A stretch of 64,000 nt of DNA. Source: an uncultured bacterium. Its GTDB lineage: Bacteria > Krumholzibacteriota > Krumholzibacteriia > Krumholzibacteriales > Krumholzibacteriaceae. The stretch covers positions 256,001 through 320,000 of the forward strand of contig CAWBAN010000001.1 in the NCBI GenBank assembly GCA_963786935.1. The letters run 5' to 3'. The translations under genes were made by a program, and so were the position numbers. This document shows, in pieces, positions 55,585 to 64,000 of this stretch (positions within the stretch are counted from its first letter, which is position 1; each line of letters opens with the position of its first letter). The notes beneath the pieces are model-generated. The model was not told the origin of the DNA, ran no database searches, and saw only the letters and a program-made list of their open reading frames with translations.

Positions 55585-56628
55585 CTACGGGGAATCCGGG
55601 GGCCGGGGGAGCCGAAGCCGCTCCCGAATCGCCGCGACCATCGCCGCGAGCCCCGGCAGCGCGCGCGACTCCCGCACTCCCTCCTCGAGCAGATCGATTC
55701 CGCTCGGGATCGAATCGAGAAAGCGGGGCTTGCCCATGCGCGTGCCGAGCTTGACGAACGCGGCGAGCGCCTGCAGGTTCCGCTGAACTCCCGCCAGCGT
55801 GAACGCTTCGTAGAACTCCGGAAATCGCCGCTCTTCCGGCGCGCCGCGCGCGCGGAGCTTCGCGTGCAGCTCCTCGAGGAGGCGCCGCCGCTCCGGGGCG
55901 CCGACGGGGTGGTAGGCGTCCTTGAGGAGCGAGGCCGCGTCGTACAGCCCCGGACCGCGGTGCGCGGTCTGGAAGTCGACGATTCTGAGGCGCCCTTCCT
56001 TCAGCATGATGTTCCTGCTCTGGAAATCGCGGTGCATGAACACGCGCCGCTCGCGGGCGAGCGCCGAGGCGAGAAACCTCCGCTCGCGTTCCCACGACGC
56101 CGGCGCGGCGACCGGACAGTAACCCTCGACGAACTCGCGCATGAAGTACTCCGTCTCGCCGAGGAGCGTTCGCTCGTCGAACACGCGATCGCCGGGGAGC
56201 CCCTCGCGGTCGAGCGCGGCGGTGACCGCCGTCTCGAGCTCGACGAGGATGTCGATCGCCCGGGAGTACAGGTCGTGGATTTCCGCCGGGGAAGCCGTCC
56301 GGAGCGCGTCCTCGAGGTGGACGTCGCCGAGATCCTCCATGAGGACGATGCCCCGCTCCCCATCGGCCGCGTAGATCTCCGGCGCGCCGACGCCGCGGCT
56401 CGCGAGGAGACGGGCGATGCCGGCGTACTGATCGATCTCGGCCCCGCCGCCGCCGTCGAAGAGCACGACGGCGGTCCGGGAGCCGCACGCGAGCCTGAAG
56501 AACTCCCGGGCCGATCCCCCGTGCGCGATCGGCGAGAGCGTCGCCTCGCCGGAAAATCCCTCGAGGCGCTCCCGCCGCGCGAGCGCGAGCACTTCCTCGA
56601 GAAGAGGATGCGAGGTCTTGCCGTTCAT
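55585..56628 (-). CDS. amgK: Anomeric MurNAc/GlcNAc kinase AmgK (APH-family phosphotransferase)
   Basis: GSAREFFR, MEDLGD, HRDFQSRNIM, VDFQ, YD.ASLL.D and QRNLQAL motifs. Adjacent to murU and namZ. Confidence 0.85.
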   Translation of the reverse strand: MNGKTSHPLLEEVLALARRERLEGFSGEATLSPIAHGGSAREFFRLACGSRTAVVLFDGGGGAEIDQYAGIARLLASRGVGAPEIYAADGERGIVLMEDLGDVHLEDALRTASPAEIHDLYSRAIDILVELETAVTAALDREGLPGDRVFDERTLLGETEYFMREFVEGYCPVAAPASWERERRFLASALARERRVFMHRDFQSRNIMLKEGRLRIVDFQTAHRGPGLYDAASLLKDAYHPVGAPERRRLLEELHAKLRARGAPEERRFPEFYEAFTLAGVQRNLQALAAFVKLGTRMGKPRFLDSIPSGIDLLEEGVRESRALPGLAAMVAAIRERLRLPRPPDSP

Positions 56629-57602
56629 CGCCGAGGGCCCTCCTCCGCCGCGAGCGCCCCGCCGGGGAACAGGATCTCGTTCGCGTGGGCGGCACCGCCC
56701 GCGACCGTCGTGTCGTCGAACACGACGACGTTCTCGATCCGCGCGCCGGGTCCCACGACGGCGCGCCGGCCGACGGCGCAGAATCCGGCGCAGCGCGCCG
56801 ATGGATCGACGGCCGCGCCGGCGCCGATATGGACGGGGCCGGCGGGCAATTCCATGTCGGGATCGAAGCGGACGCGATCGATGAGCATCGACCGGTGTAT
56901 GCCGAGATATCCGGCCGGAGAGCCCGCGTCCCCCCACGCGTACGCGGCGCCCCGCTCCGCCGCGTTCCAACCGATGACCGAGCCGGGACGCGCGCGCATC
57001 ATCTCCCGGAGAACCGTGACGAGCTGCTCCCGTTTCCCGCGGGGGAAGTGGGGAAGCGCGGCGGGGGAGAGCACGGCGAGCCCCGTGTAGCCGAGGAGCC
57101 TCGCGCCGCCCGCCGAGCCGGCCCCTTCGCCGATCGCGATCACGTCGCCTCCCGTTCCGACCGCGACGTTCGCCCGCGGGCCCGAGGGGACGAGGACGAG
57201 CGTGACGAGCGCGCCGAGCCGCCGGTGGAGCTCGATCGCGGGGCCGTAGGGAATGTCGGACACGATGTCGCCGTTGTGGAGGAGTATGATAGCGGCGCTC
57301 GAAACGGCGCCGCTCATGCCGCCGATACCGCCGCCCGTGCCGAGGAGCGCGATTTCGCGGTGGAGCCGCACCGGCAGCGGGCTGTCCGCGAAGTGACGCT
57401 CGATCTTCCCGGCGAGATGGAAAACGTTGCAGTGAATCTCGGAGGCGCCCTCGCGCATGAGCTTCCGTACGATCAGCTCGATGAGGGGCGTGCCGAGCAC
57501 CGGCAGGAGCGGCTTCGGAATCGTCTCGGTGAGCGGCAGCATGCGCTCGCCGTATCCCGCCGCGAGGATCATTCCGGAGATTGCCGCCCGTTCGCCGTTC
57601 AT
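56625..57602 (-). CDS. murU: MurNAc-alpha-1-phosphate uridylyltransferase-like nucleotidyltransferase
   Basis: MILAAGYGERMLPLT..PKPL, LGTGGG, NGD and WGDAG motifs, with a C-terminal beta-helix-like tail. Coupled to amgK. Confidence 0.78.
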   Translation of the reverse strand: MNGERAAISGMILAAGYGERMLPLTETIPKPLLPVLGTPLIELIVRKLMREGASEIHCNVFHLAGKIERHFADSPLPVRLHREIALLGTGGGIGGMSGAVSSAAIILLHNGDIVSDIPYGPAIELHRRLGALVTLVLVPSGPRANVAVGTGGDVIAIGEGAGSAGGARLLGYTGLAVLSPAALPHFPRGKREQLVTVLREMMRARPGSVIGWNAAERGAAYAWGDAGSPAGYLGIHRSMLIDRVRFDPDMELPAGPVHIGAGAAVDPSARCAGFCAVGRRAVVGPGARIENVVVFDDTTVAGGAAHANEILFPGGALAAEEGPRR

Positions 57603-58771
57603 CGCGCTCCGTAGAGGAGGAATCGCTCCCGATCCGCGTGGAATCGCTCCTCGTCGGCGCGCCAGCCGTCGAAGAGGCGGACGAGGTCGTCCCCCGCGTC
57701 GATCGCCTCGCGCAGCGCGGCGCTTCCCGAGATGATGTCGATCGGGGGCCTGCCGTATTCGTACTCGTAGGGCGGGTCGCTCCACCGGAACCGGCCGCGA
57801 TGGAGCCTCGCCGCGGCCGCGAGGATCGCGGCGCCGCAGCGGACGGGCCGGAAGGCGCGCCGGTCCGTCACGTGGATCTGGACGCCGCCGCAGAGCTCGT
57901 TCGCGTGCTTGTCCCATGCCGGCGTGAAATTGAGCGGCCGGAACGCGACGCCGCCGAGCCCGGAGGAGGCGAGCGCCGCGGCGAACGGCCGCGGCTCGAT
58001 CCACGGCGCGCCGACGATCTCGAACGGCTTCGTCGTGCCGCGCCCCTCGGAGAGGTTCGTCCCCTCGAGGAGAACCGTGCCCGGATAGACGAGCGCCGTG
58101 TCGGGCGCCGGCATGTTGGGGGAGGGGAGCACCCACGGCTGGCCGGTTTCGTCGAAGTGCATTCCTCGACTCCACCCGCGCATCCGCACGACGCGCAGGG
58201 AGCACCCGGCGCCTTCACGGGCATTCATCATCGCGAGCGCCTCGCCGATCGTGAGCCCGTGCCGCATCGGGAGCGGGAAGAGCCCGACGAACGACCGGAA
58301 GCGCTCGTCGAGGAGCGCCCCTTCGACCGCGTCCCCGCCGATCGGATTGGGGCGGTCGAGCACGACGACCTCGACCCCGGCCGCCGCGCACGCGCGCGTC
58401 ATGAGGAGCGAGGTCCAGAGGTACGTGTAGGGGCGGGCCCCGACGTCGGGGAGGTCGATCACGACGCAGTCGAGCCCGTCGAGCTCGCCGCGCTCGGGCG
58501 AGCGCCGCGCTCCGTACAGCGAGTGGACGGGAATCCCGGAGGAGGGATCGGTGAAGCCCTCCCATTCGATCATGTTGGCCTGCGTGTCTCCCCGGATCCC
58601 GTGCTGAGGGCCGAAGATCCGTTCGACGCGGACGCCGCATCCGAGGAGCACTTCGAGCGTGGGGGCGAGGGAGCGGGCGACGGAGGCGGGATTCGCGAGA
58701 AGCCCGACGCGTTTCCCCGCGAGGCTCCCGCACGACTCCCCGAGCATACAATCGCAGCCGGTTTCGACCAC
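57599..58771 (-). CDS. namZ: Exo-beta-N-acetylmuramidase NamZ (DUF1343)
   Basis: GKRVGL.AN, FGPQHG, SLYG, DVGAR.YTY, LDRPNP, RHGLTIGE, PSPNMP and SEGRGT..PFE motifs. Confidence 0.9.
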   Translation of the reverse strand: MVETGCDCMLGESCGSLAGKRVGLLANPASVARSLAPTLEVLLGCGVRVERIFGPQHGIRGDTQANMIEWEGFTDPSSGIPVHSLYGARRSPERGELDGLDCVVIDLPDVGARPYTYLWTSLLMTRACAAAGVEVVVLDRPNPIGGDAVEGALLDERFRSFVGLFPLPMRHGLTIGEALAMMNAREGAGCSLRVVRMRGWSRGMHFDETGQPWVLPSPNMPAPDTALVYPGTVLLEGTNLSEGRGTTKPFEIVGAPWIEPRPFAAALASSGLGGVAFRPLNFTPAWDKHANELCGGVQIHVTDRRAFRPVRCGAAILAAAARLHRGRFRWSDPPYEYEYGRPPIDIISGSAALREAIDAGDDLVRLFDGWRADEERFHADRERFLLYGAR

Positions 58772-58970
58772 GGCCCTTCGACTCCCTTCTTCGGCGCCGG
58801 CCGTCCGCGCGAGGCCGGCGTCGCATCCCTGACGGTATTTTATGCGCGCGCCCGCCGTCAACGGGATTTCCATTGTTGCACAGCCGGGGCGTTTGGGCAT
58901 ACATTAATAGGTGCGCGCGGAGCGTTCTCCCCGCGCGCGCCGGGGAAACAATTCACACCGAGGGAGCGTG

Positions 58971-60575
58971 ATGAACGTGGGAAGGAACTCGAAGGTGCGC
59001 CGGGGCCTCGTGCTGTTGCTCGCCGCGTTTCTCGCGGCGTTCACGGGATGCGGGAAGAAGGATCGCGCCGAGCAGGGGGGCACCCTCGTCGTCGGCGAGA
59101 TCAACGATTACGAGGGGCTCAATCCGATGTCGACGACGGACGCCCACGCCCGCGACGTGTATCACCTCATGTTCCTGACCCTCCTCGACGAGCAGTCGGA
59201 CCTCCTCAATTTCAAGCCGCGGCTCGCCGAGTCGTGGGAGTTCTCGCCCGACCGTCTCGATCTCACCTTCCGCCTCCGCGGCGACGTGTACTGGAGCGAC
59301 GGGCTCCCCGTGACGGCGCGCGACGTCGCGGCGACCTTCGCGGCGCAGAAGGACTCGGTGACGCAGTGGCCGAGCCGCCACCTCAAGCAGCACATCGACA
59401 GCGTCACCATCGTCGACGACCGCACGGTCGTGTACCACTACGCCATGGCGTATCCCTACCAGGTGATGGACGCGAACGACGGCCCCGTCATGCCGAAGCA
59501 GGTGCTCGACCGGGTTCCGCACGCGGAGCTCGGGGCGCTGCCGATCGAGCAGCTCCCGACGAACGGCCCCTTTATGCTCCATTCGTGGGTCAGGGGGCAG
59601 GCCCTCACGCTGGCGAGGAACGAGCGCTATTACGAGAAGGGGAAGCCCTATCTCGAGAAGGTCATTTTCAAGATCATCCCCGACCAGACCACCCTCATCA
59701 CGCAGCTCAAGAGCGGCGAGATCGACTGCATGGAGATGGTCTCGCCGGGGGAAATGAACGACATCAAGAGCAACTATCCGAATCTCGCGATCTACGCGTT
59801 CCCGACGCGGGCGTACAACTATATCGGCTGGAACGCGTCGAAACCGCTCTTCGCGAGCGCGCGCGTCCGCCGGGCGCTCACGATGGCGATCGACCGCGCG
59901 CTCATCAACGAGAACGTCTACTACGGATTCGCCCGTGAGTGCACGAGCCCCTTCCCGCCGATCATCTGGGCGTACAATCCGAACATCAAGCCGGTGCCCT
60001 ACGACACCGCCGGGGCGCGGCGGATACTCGCGGAAGAGGGCTTCCGCGACACGAACAGCGACGGCTGGCTCGAGAAGAACGGCAAGCGTTTCGAGTTCGA
60101 TCTCATCACGAACCACGGGAACCAGCTCCGGAGCGACGTCATGGTGACGGTCCAGGAGATGCTGCGGAATGTGGGCATCAAGGTCAACGCCGCCGCCCTC
60201 GAATGGACGATATTCCTCGAGAAGGTCAAATCGGGCGAGTACGATGCCCAGGTCAACGCCTGGCGCGTCGGCGGGAAGGCCGACTTCGCGCCGATCTGGT
60301 CGTGCGAGGCGCGCACGCCCCCCGGCTACAACCGGGTCGACTACTGCAATCCGCTCGTGGACAGCCTCAACGCGGCGGCGGCGGGAATGCTCGATTTCGA
60401 GCAGGCGAAGCCGCTCTTCTGGCGGATTCAGGAGCTCATTTACGAGGATCAGCCGTACACGTTTCTCAACGTTCTCGATGCGCGCGACGTCGTGCACCGG
60501 CGGTTCAGGGACGTGAAGCCGGACGCGATCAGCATGTACCATTATCTGCAGGACTGGTGGGTTTCGGAGGAGTAG
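58971..60575 (+). CDS. Orphan peptide ABC transporter substrate-binding lipoprotein (SBP family 5)
   Basis: Lipobox FTGC; PRLAESWE, WSDG.PVTA.DV, NGPF, VRRAL..AIDR and DQPYTF motifs. Confidence 0.88.
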   Translation: MNVGRNSKVRRGLVLLLAAFLAAFTGCGKKDRAEQGGTLVVGEINDYEGLNPMSTTDAHARDVYHLMFLTLLDEQSDLLNFKPRLAESWEFSPDRLDLTFRLRGDVYWSDGLPVTARDVAATFAAQKDSVTQWPSRHLKQHIDSVTIVDDRTVVYHYAMAYPYQVMDANDGPVMPKQVLDRVPHAELGALPIEQLPTNGPFMLHSWVRGQALTLARNERYYEKGKPYLEKVIFKIIPDQTTLITQLKSGEIDCMEMVSPGEMNDIKSNYPNLAIYAFPTRAYNYIGWNASKPLFASARVRRALTMAIDRALINENVYYGFARECTSPFPPIIWAYNPNIKPVPYDTAGARRILAEEGFRDTNSDGWLEKNGKRFEFDLITNHGNQLRSDVMVTVQEMLRNVGIKVNAAALEWTIFLEKVKSGEYDAQVNAWRVGGKADFAPIWSCEARTPPGYNRVDYCNPLVDSLNAAAAGMLDFEQAKPLFWRIQELIYEDQPYTFLNVLDARDVVHRRFRDVKPDAISMYHYLQDWWVSEE

Positions 60576-60633
60576 GAGCGCGTCTGCGCGCCCGCGGCCG
60601 GCGCGGCGCGGGCGGGGGCGCCTCGAGGTTCGC

Positions 60634-61062
60634 ATGATTCATCAGATCGGGCTCGCGGCCATCGTGAGCGGCGTCGCCGCGCAGGGGCTCAAACCGTTCA
60701 TCGACGGCGTCCAGAAAAAGGGATTCAATCCGCTCCGTATGCTCGATACGGGAGGGATGCCGAGCTCGCACACCGCCGTCGTCACGACGCTCACGACGGG
60801 GGTCGCCTACTACCAGGGCGTCTCGTCGCCGCTCTTCGGCGTATCGCTCATCATGAGCCTCTATTTCATCTTCGAGGCGACCGGCCTCCGGCAGGAGGTC
60901 GGCCATCAGGCGCGCGTTCTGAACGATCTGGTGGAACACGTGCGGGCCACCGGCTCGCGCCACGTCGAGCCGGAGGTGCTCCGCGAGCTCATCGGACACA
61001 CGTGGATCGAGGTGTTCGCCGGGCTCGGGCTCGGGTTCATCGTGGCGCTGCTCATGTTCTGA
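60634..61062 (+). CDS. Divergent PAP2 family protein (DUF212)
   Basis: AQ.LK, GGMPSSH, A.GLR...G.QA..LN and LRELIGHT..EV.AG motifs. Confidence 0.9.
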   Translation: MIHQIGLAAIVSGVAAQGLKPFIDGVQKKGFNPLRMLDTGGMPSSHTAVVTTLTTGVAYYQGVSSPLFGVSLIMSLYFIFEATGLRQEVGHQARVLNDLVEHVRATGSRHVEPEVLRELIGHTWIEVFAGLGLGFIVALLMF

Positions 61063-61284
61063 CGGTCGTGCCGGCGCCGCGGCGCTCGAAAAACGGCGCC
61101 GAATTCTCAGAAACATCTTGACACCACGGCGCGCCTCAATCGAAAATCGCACCGATGAATGTGCTCGGCAGCATATCGCGTGGCAAGGATGAGGGCCGGA
61201 TCATCGGGGGATGTTTCGGCTCTTTTTGTTCGCCGCCGGCCCGGCGGTGAGCGCGCGGGACCGTATGCGGAGGAGGCAGCGTCG

Positions 61285-62361
61285 ATGCGGATCATATCGA
61301 TCATAAACCAGAAGGGCGGATGCGGGAAGACCACCGTCGCGATCAATCTCGCCGCGGCGCTCCGAGAGCTCGGGCTGAAGACGCTCCTCATCGACCTCGA
61401 TCCGCAGGCCCACGCCTCGCTCGGATTCGGCGTCTCCCCCGAAGACACCGGAACGACGGTCTACGATCTGCTCAAGGATCCCCGCGTCGACGTCTCGGAC
61501 GCGCTGCGCATGATCGAGGAGAATCTCTATATCATCCCCTCTTCCGCCGTCTTGAGCGCGATCGAGCAGGAGCTCTCGGGCAAGGCGGGCCGGGAAGGGC
61601 GGCTGCTCGCCAAGCTCGCCCGCGTGCCGGCCGATTTCCGCTACGTGGTCATCGATTCGCCTCCGAGCATCGGGCTCCTCACGTTCAACGCGCTCATGGC
61701 CTCGAGCGAGGTGATCATTCCGGTCGATCCGAGCCGCTTCTCGGTTCACGGGCTCGAAAAGCTCCTCGAGACGCTCGAGCTGCTCGAGCGGGAAACGCGG
61801 CATACGATCGGCGTGCACGTGCTCATGAACAACGTCGAGCGCCGGACGACCTTCAGCCGCGCGATCGTCGACGAGGTCGAGCGGAGCCACGGCGCCGTGC
61901 TCATGAAGACGAACATCTGCCATTCGGTGCGCTACAAGGAGGCGGCGTTCGAGGGGCTCCCGATCTTCCGGATGCGGCACGTCGAGCAGTTCCAGGAAGA
62001 GTTCCTCGATCTCGCGCGGGAGATAGAGGAGACCCCCCCGTCGGCGCTCGCCGTCGAGAGCATCGATGACTGGATGGTGCGGCTGCACGGTCCGCGGCGC
62101 GTCGAGGAAGGGATTCTCTTCATGCTCAACGCGCCGAACGCGCAGAACGTGTACCTGACGGGGGAGTTCACGAACTGGTCGCGCGAAGGGATTCGGATGG
62201 AGAAGGACGAGAAGACCGGTTACTGGAAGACGGTTCTCCATCTCGAGCCCGGCGAGTACGAATACCGGTTCATCGTGGACGGCGTCTGGATCAAGGATCC
62301 GAACAACACCGACTCCGTGCTCAACGAGTTCGGCCAGGAAAACTCCCTTCTCATCGTGTAA
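61285..62361 (+). CDS. ParA/Soj-family ATPase fused to C-terminal AMPK-beta-type glycogen-binding domain (CBM48)
   Basis: NQKGGCGKTT, IDLDPQ, IDSPP and NAL.AS motifs. From ~62086: A.NVYLTGEFTNW...W...L.LEPG.YEYRFIVDG.W..DP.N......FG.ENS. GGAGGAGG RBS. Confidence 0.92.
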   Translation: MRIISIINQKGGCGKTTVAINLAAALRELGLKTLLIDLDPQAHASLGFGVSPEDTGTTVYDLLKDPRVDVSDALRMIEENLYIIPSSAVLSAIEQELSGKAGREGRLLAKLARVPADFRYVVIDSPPSIGLLTFNALMASSEVIIPVDPSRFSVHGLEKLLETLELLERETRHTIGVHVLMNNVERRTTFSRAIVDEVERSHGAVLMKTNICHSVRYKEAAFEGLPIFRMRHVEQFQEEFLDLAREIEETPPSALAVESIDDWMVRLHGPRRVEEGILFMLNAPNAQNVYLTGEFTNWSREGIRMEKDEKTGYWKTVLHLEPGEYEYRFIVDGVWIKDPNNTDSVLNEFGQENSLLIV

Positions 62362-62364
62362 ATC

Positions 62365-63156
62365 ATGCCCGAGAGACGATCATCCCGAAGCCTGCGCGAC
62401 GTCTCGCACCTGTTTCTCTCGCAGTCGCGCCCGGCGCGGAGCGCGGGCGGCGCCGGCACGGTCCGCGTCTGGATCGCCGCCGCCGACGCCTCTCCGGCCC
62501 GCGCCCACCTCGCGGCGGGGCTGGCGGCGGCCCTCGCGCGGGACGGGATGCGCGTGTCTCTCGTCGAGGTGTGCGGGTGCCTCCCCGCCGTCGGCTACTA
62601 TTTCGGCATGGACGGCGCCGAATACCTCCTCCCGGTTCTCGACCGGGACGCGCTCGTGAGCGGTTCGTGGAACGGCGCCGTCGAGTACCGCTTCTCGGCG
62701 GGTGTGGCGCCGCTTCGCGGGTGCCGGTTCGACGATCCGGCGCCCGGGACGCCCCGGGCGATCGTCGCGGCGTTTCAGTATCCGCGCGGCGCCGTCGCCG
62801 CGCCGTTCTTCGCGGCCCTGCGGGAGATCTCGACGGGAATCTCCGGCGGCGGAGCGCCGGATTCCGGTTCCCCCGACGCGATCGTGCTGGCCGGCGGCGC
62901 CGATAGCGCCCCGATCCTCAAGGCCTGCATGGCGGCGCTGGAACGGGAGCATCCCCGCGCGGCCTGCTTCCTCGCCTCGAACGCATCGGCGCGCGGCGCC
63001 GAGGCCTTCGAGCGCCTGTCGCTGCCGGATGACGTGCGCCGTTCGTGGCCGCGGCGGACGCCGCCGGCCGGCCCGTGGTTCGACGAGCTCGCGGGTAGAA
63101 TGCTCCAGGTCGTGAGCATGCGGCGAAGAGGGGCGGTGGGCTGTGCGGCGAAATGA
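62365..63156 (+). CDS. Hypothetical protein, degenerate MinD/FlhG-like fold lacking Walker A
   Basis: HLAAGLAAALARDGMRVSLVEVCGCLPAVGYYFG parallels the post-P-loop helix/strand of MinD/FlhG. N-terminal RRSSRSLRDVSHLFLS. Starts 3 nt after the ParA stop. Confidence 0.6.
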   Translation: MPERRSSRSLRDVSHLFLSQSRPARSAGGAGTVRVWIAAADASPARAHLAAGLAAALARDGMRVSLVEVCGCLPAVGYYFGMDGAEYLLPVLDRDALVSGSWNGAVEYRFSAGVAPLRGCRFDDPAPGTPRAIVAAFQYPRGAVAAPFFAALREISTGISGGGAPDSGSPDAIVLAGGADSAPILKACMAALEREHPRAACFLASNASARGAEAFERLSLPDDVRRSWPRRTPPAGPWFDELAGRMLQVVSMRRRGAVGCAAK

Positions 63157-63493
63157 CAGCGCGGATCCGGCGGGTTCGGGCGTTTTCGCCGCCGCCCGGC
63201 TGATCGGGCCGCGCGCGACCCGGCGTCTCTTCATCAGGTTCTGCCGGGAAGTGAGACGGTTTTCCGGCCGGTTCGAGGTCGAGATCTCGCCGTTCGAGGT
63301 CGCGCTGCGCGATCCGGGGGCGGATTTCTGCGTCATCGTATCGCCGCTCAGGGATCTCTTTCTCGTTTCGATCGGGGAAAGCCGCTCCTTCGACGTGCGG
63401 GTTTCGTCGGCGGAGAGCTTCGTTTCGGCGCTCGATCTCGCGCTCGAGCGCTACCTCGTTTCCGCTTCCCGTGCGACGGCAGCCGCCCGATAG
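63143..63493 (+). CDS. Hypothetical protein (116 aa)
   Basis: GTG start overlaps the previous gene and follows a GAGGGG RBS-like sequence. Alpha/beta-like composition; no recognised motif. Confidence 0.55.
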   Translation: MRRNDSADPAGSGVFAAARLIGPRATRRLFIRFCREVRRFSGRFEVEISPFEVALRDPGADFCVIVSPLRDLFLVSIGESRSFDVRVSSAESFVSALDLALERYLVSASRATAAAR

Positions 63494-63593
63494 CCTTCGG
63501 AGCGGACGCCGGATCCCCTCATTCCAGCCGCCCCGCAACCGATTCTCTCGATACGATTCTTCATTTTTCTTTCGCGGGAGCCGGAATCTTTTT

Positions 63594-63611
63594 ATCTTAC
63601 AACTGTAAGAT
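63594..63611. promoter_or_regulatory. Perfect palindromic operator with TACA-N2-TGTA core
   Basis: ATCTTACA-AC-TGTAAGAT immediately upstream of the AAGGAGG RBS of the last gene. Confidence 0.65.
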
Positions 63612-63625
63612 GTGCAAGGAGGTGG

Positions 63626-64000
63626 ATGATGATGAAGAGACGCATGGCAATCGGATTGGTTCTCGCTCTCGCCGCCCTCGCTTCGTGCGTTTTCCAGAAC
63701 AATCCGCTCGAGCCGAACAATCCGCCGAAGATAAGGACTTACGATCCGCCGCAGAGCTTCTTGTCCCTCATCGCCCCCGACTCGTGCCAGTTCTCCATCG
63801 GCGCCGTCGATCCGGACGGGGACGCCATCGTGTACTTGTTTCACGCGGGTGACTCCGTGCTGAGTCGCTCGAACACGGCCAAATTCTACGCCGTCAAGCC
63901 CGGGCGCTACGATATCCGGGGGGAGGCGCGGGACGGCACGACCAAGGTATACCGCGACTGGCAGGTTACCGTCTTCACGAAGGACAACAAGCCGCCGCGC
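63626..64000 (+). CDS. Lipoprotein with Ig/cadherin-like repeats (3' end outside the window)
   Basis: AAGGAGG RBS; MMMKRRMAIGLVLALAALASC lipobox; NNPP...AVDPDGD..Y and a second NKPP repeat start. The frame is open to the window end and is absent from the ORF track. Confidence 0.75.
   Translation, partial: MMMKRRMAIGLVLALAALASCVFQNNPLEPNNPPKIRTYDPPQSFLSLIAPDSCQFSIGAVDPDGDAIVYLFHAGDSVLSRSNTAKFYAVKPGRYDIRGEARDGTTKVYRDWQVTVFTKDNKPPR

Noticed and set aside
1..64000. Many long overlapping ORFs rich in Arg/Ala/Gly/Pro (e.g. 48896..51928 +, 51826..55134 -, 17074..19179 -, 57581..59938 +)
   Set aside because: These are shadow or antisense frames of well-supported genes. They are expected when stop codons are scarce at high GC, and they carry no family motifs.

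Overview
A gene-dense, very GC-rich bacterial chromosomal window with about 58 CDS. I found no rRNA, tRNA, CRISPR array or mobile element. The organism is probably a diderm anaerobe or facultative anaerobe from an FCB-associated candidate lineage. This is inferred from tol-pal, outer-membrane barrels, a FlgD-Ig/T9SS-like C-terminal domain and rnf; no taxonomy search was run. Recognisable modules: system II cytochrome c maturation (resB-ccsA); an Opp-type ABC operon with an embedded, apparently exported beta-CASP nuclease; an ECF sigma/anti-sigma/Spy-ZraP-like operon; tolQR-tolA-tolB-pal-cpoB followed by two CNNM genes and DUF1611; a Cas4/RecB-like nuclease pair; TetR divergent from rnfABCDGE; ftcD-pgi-apbE plus a cytochrome c; a YhaO/YhaN-like nuclease-ATPase pair; and namZ-murU-amgK peptidoglycan recycling. 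The best candidate for an undescribed system is at 61285-63493. It is a ParA/Soj ATPase fused to an AMPK-beta-type glycogen-binding module (CBM48), followed by a MinD/FlhG-like protein lacking its P-loop and a small unknown gene, and may position glycogen granules. Three genes (DUF885-like, ccsA, tolA) are frameshifted at G homopolymers, most likely through sequencing error.
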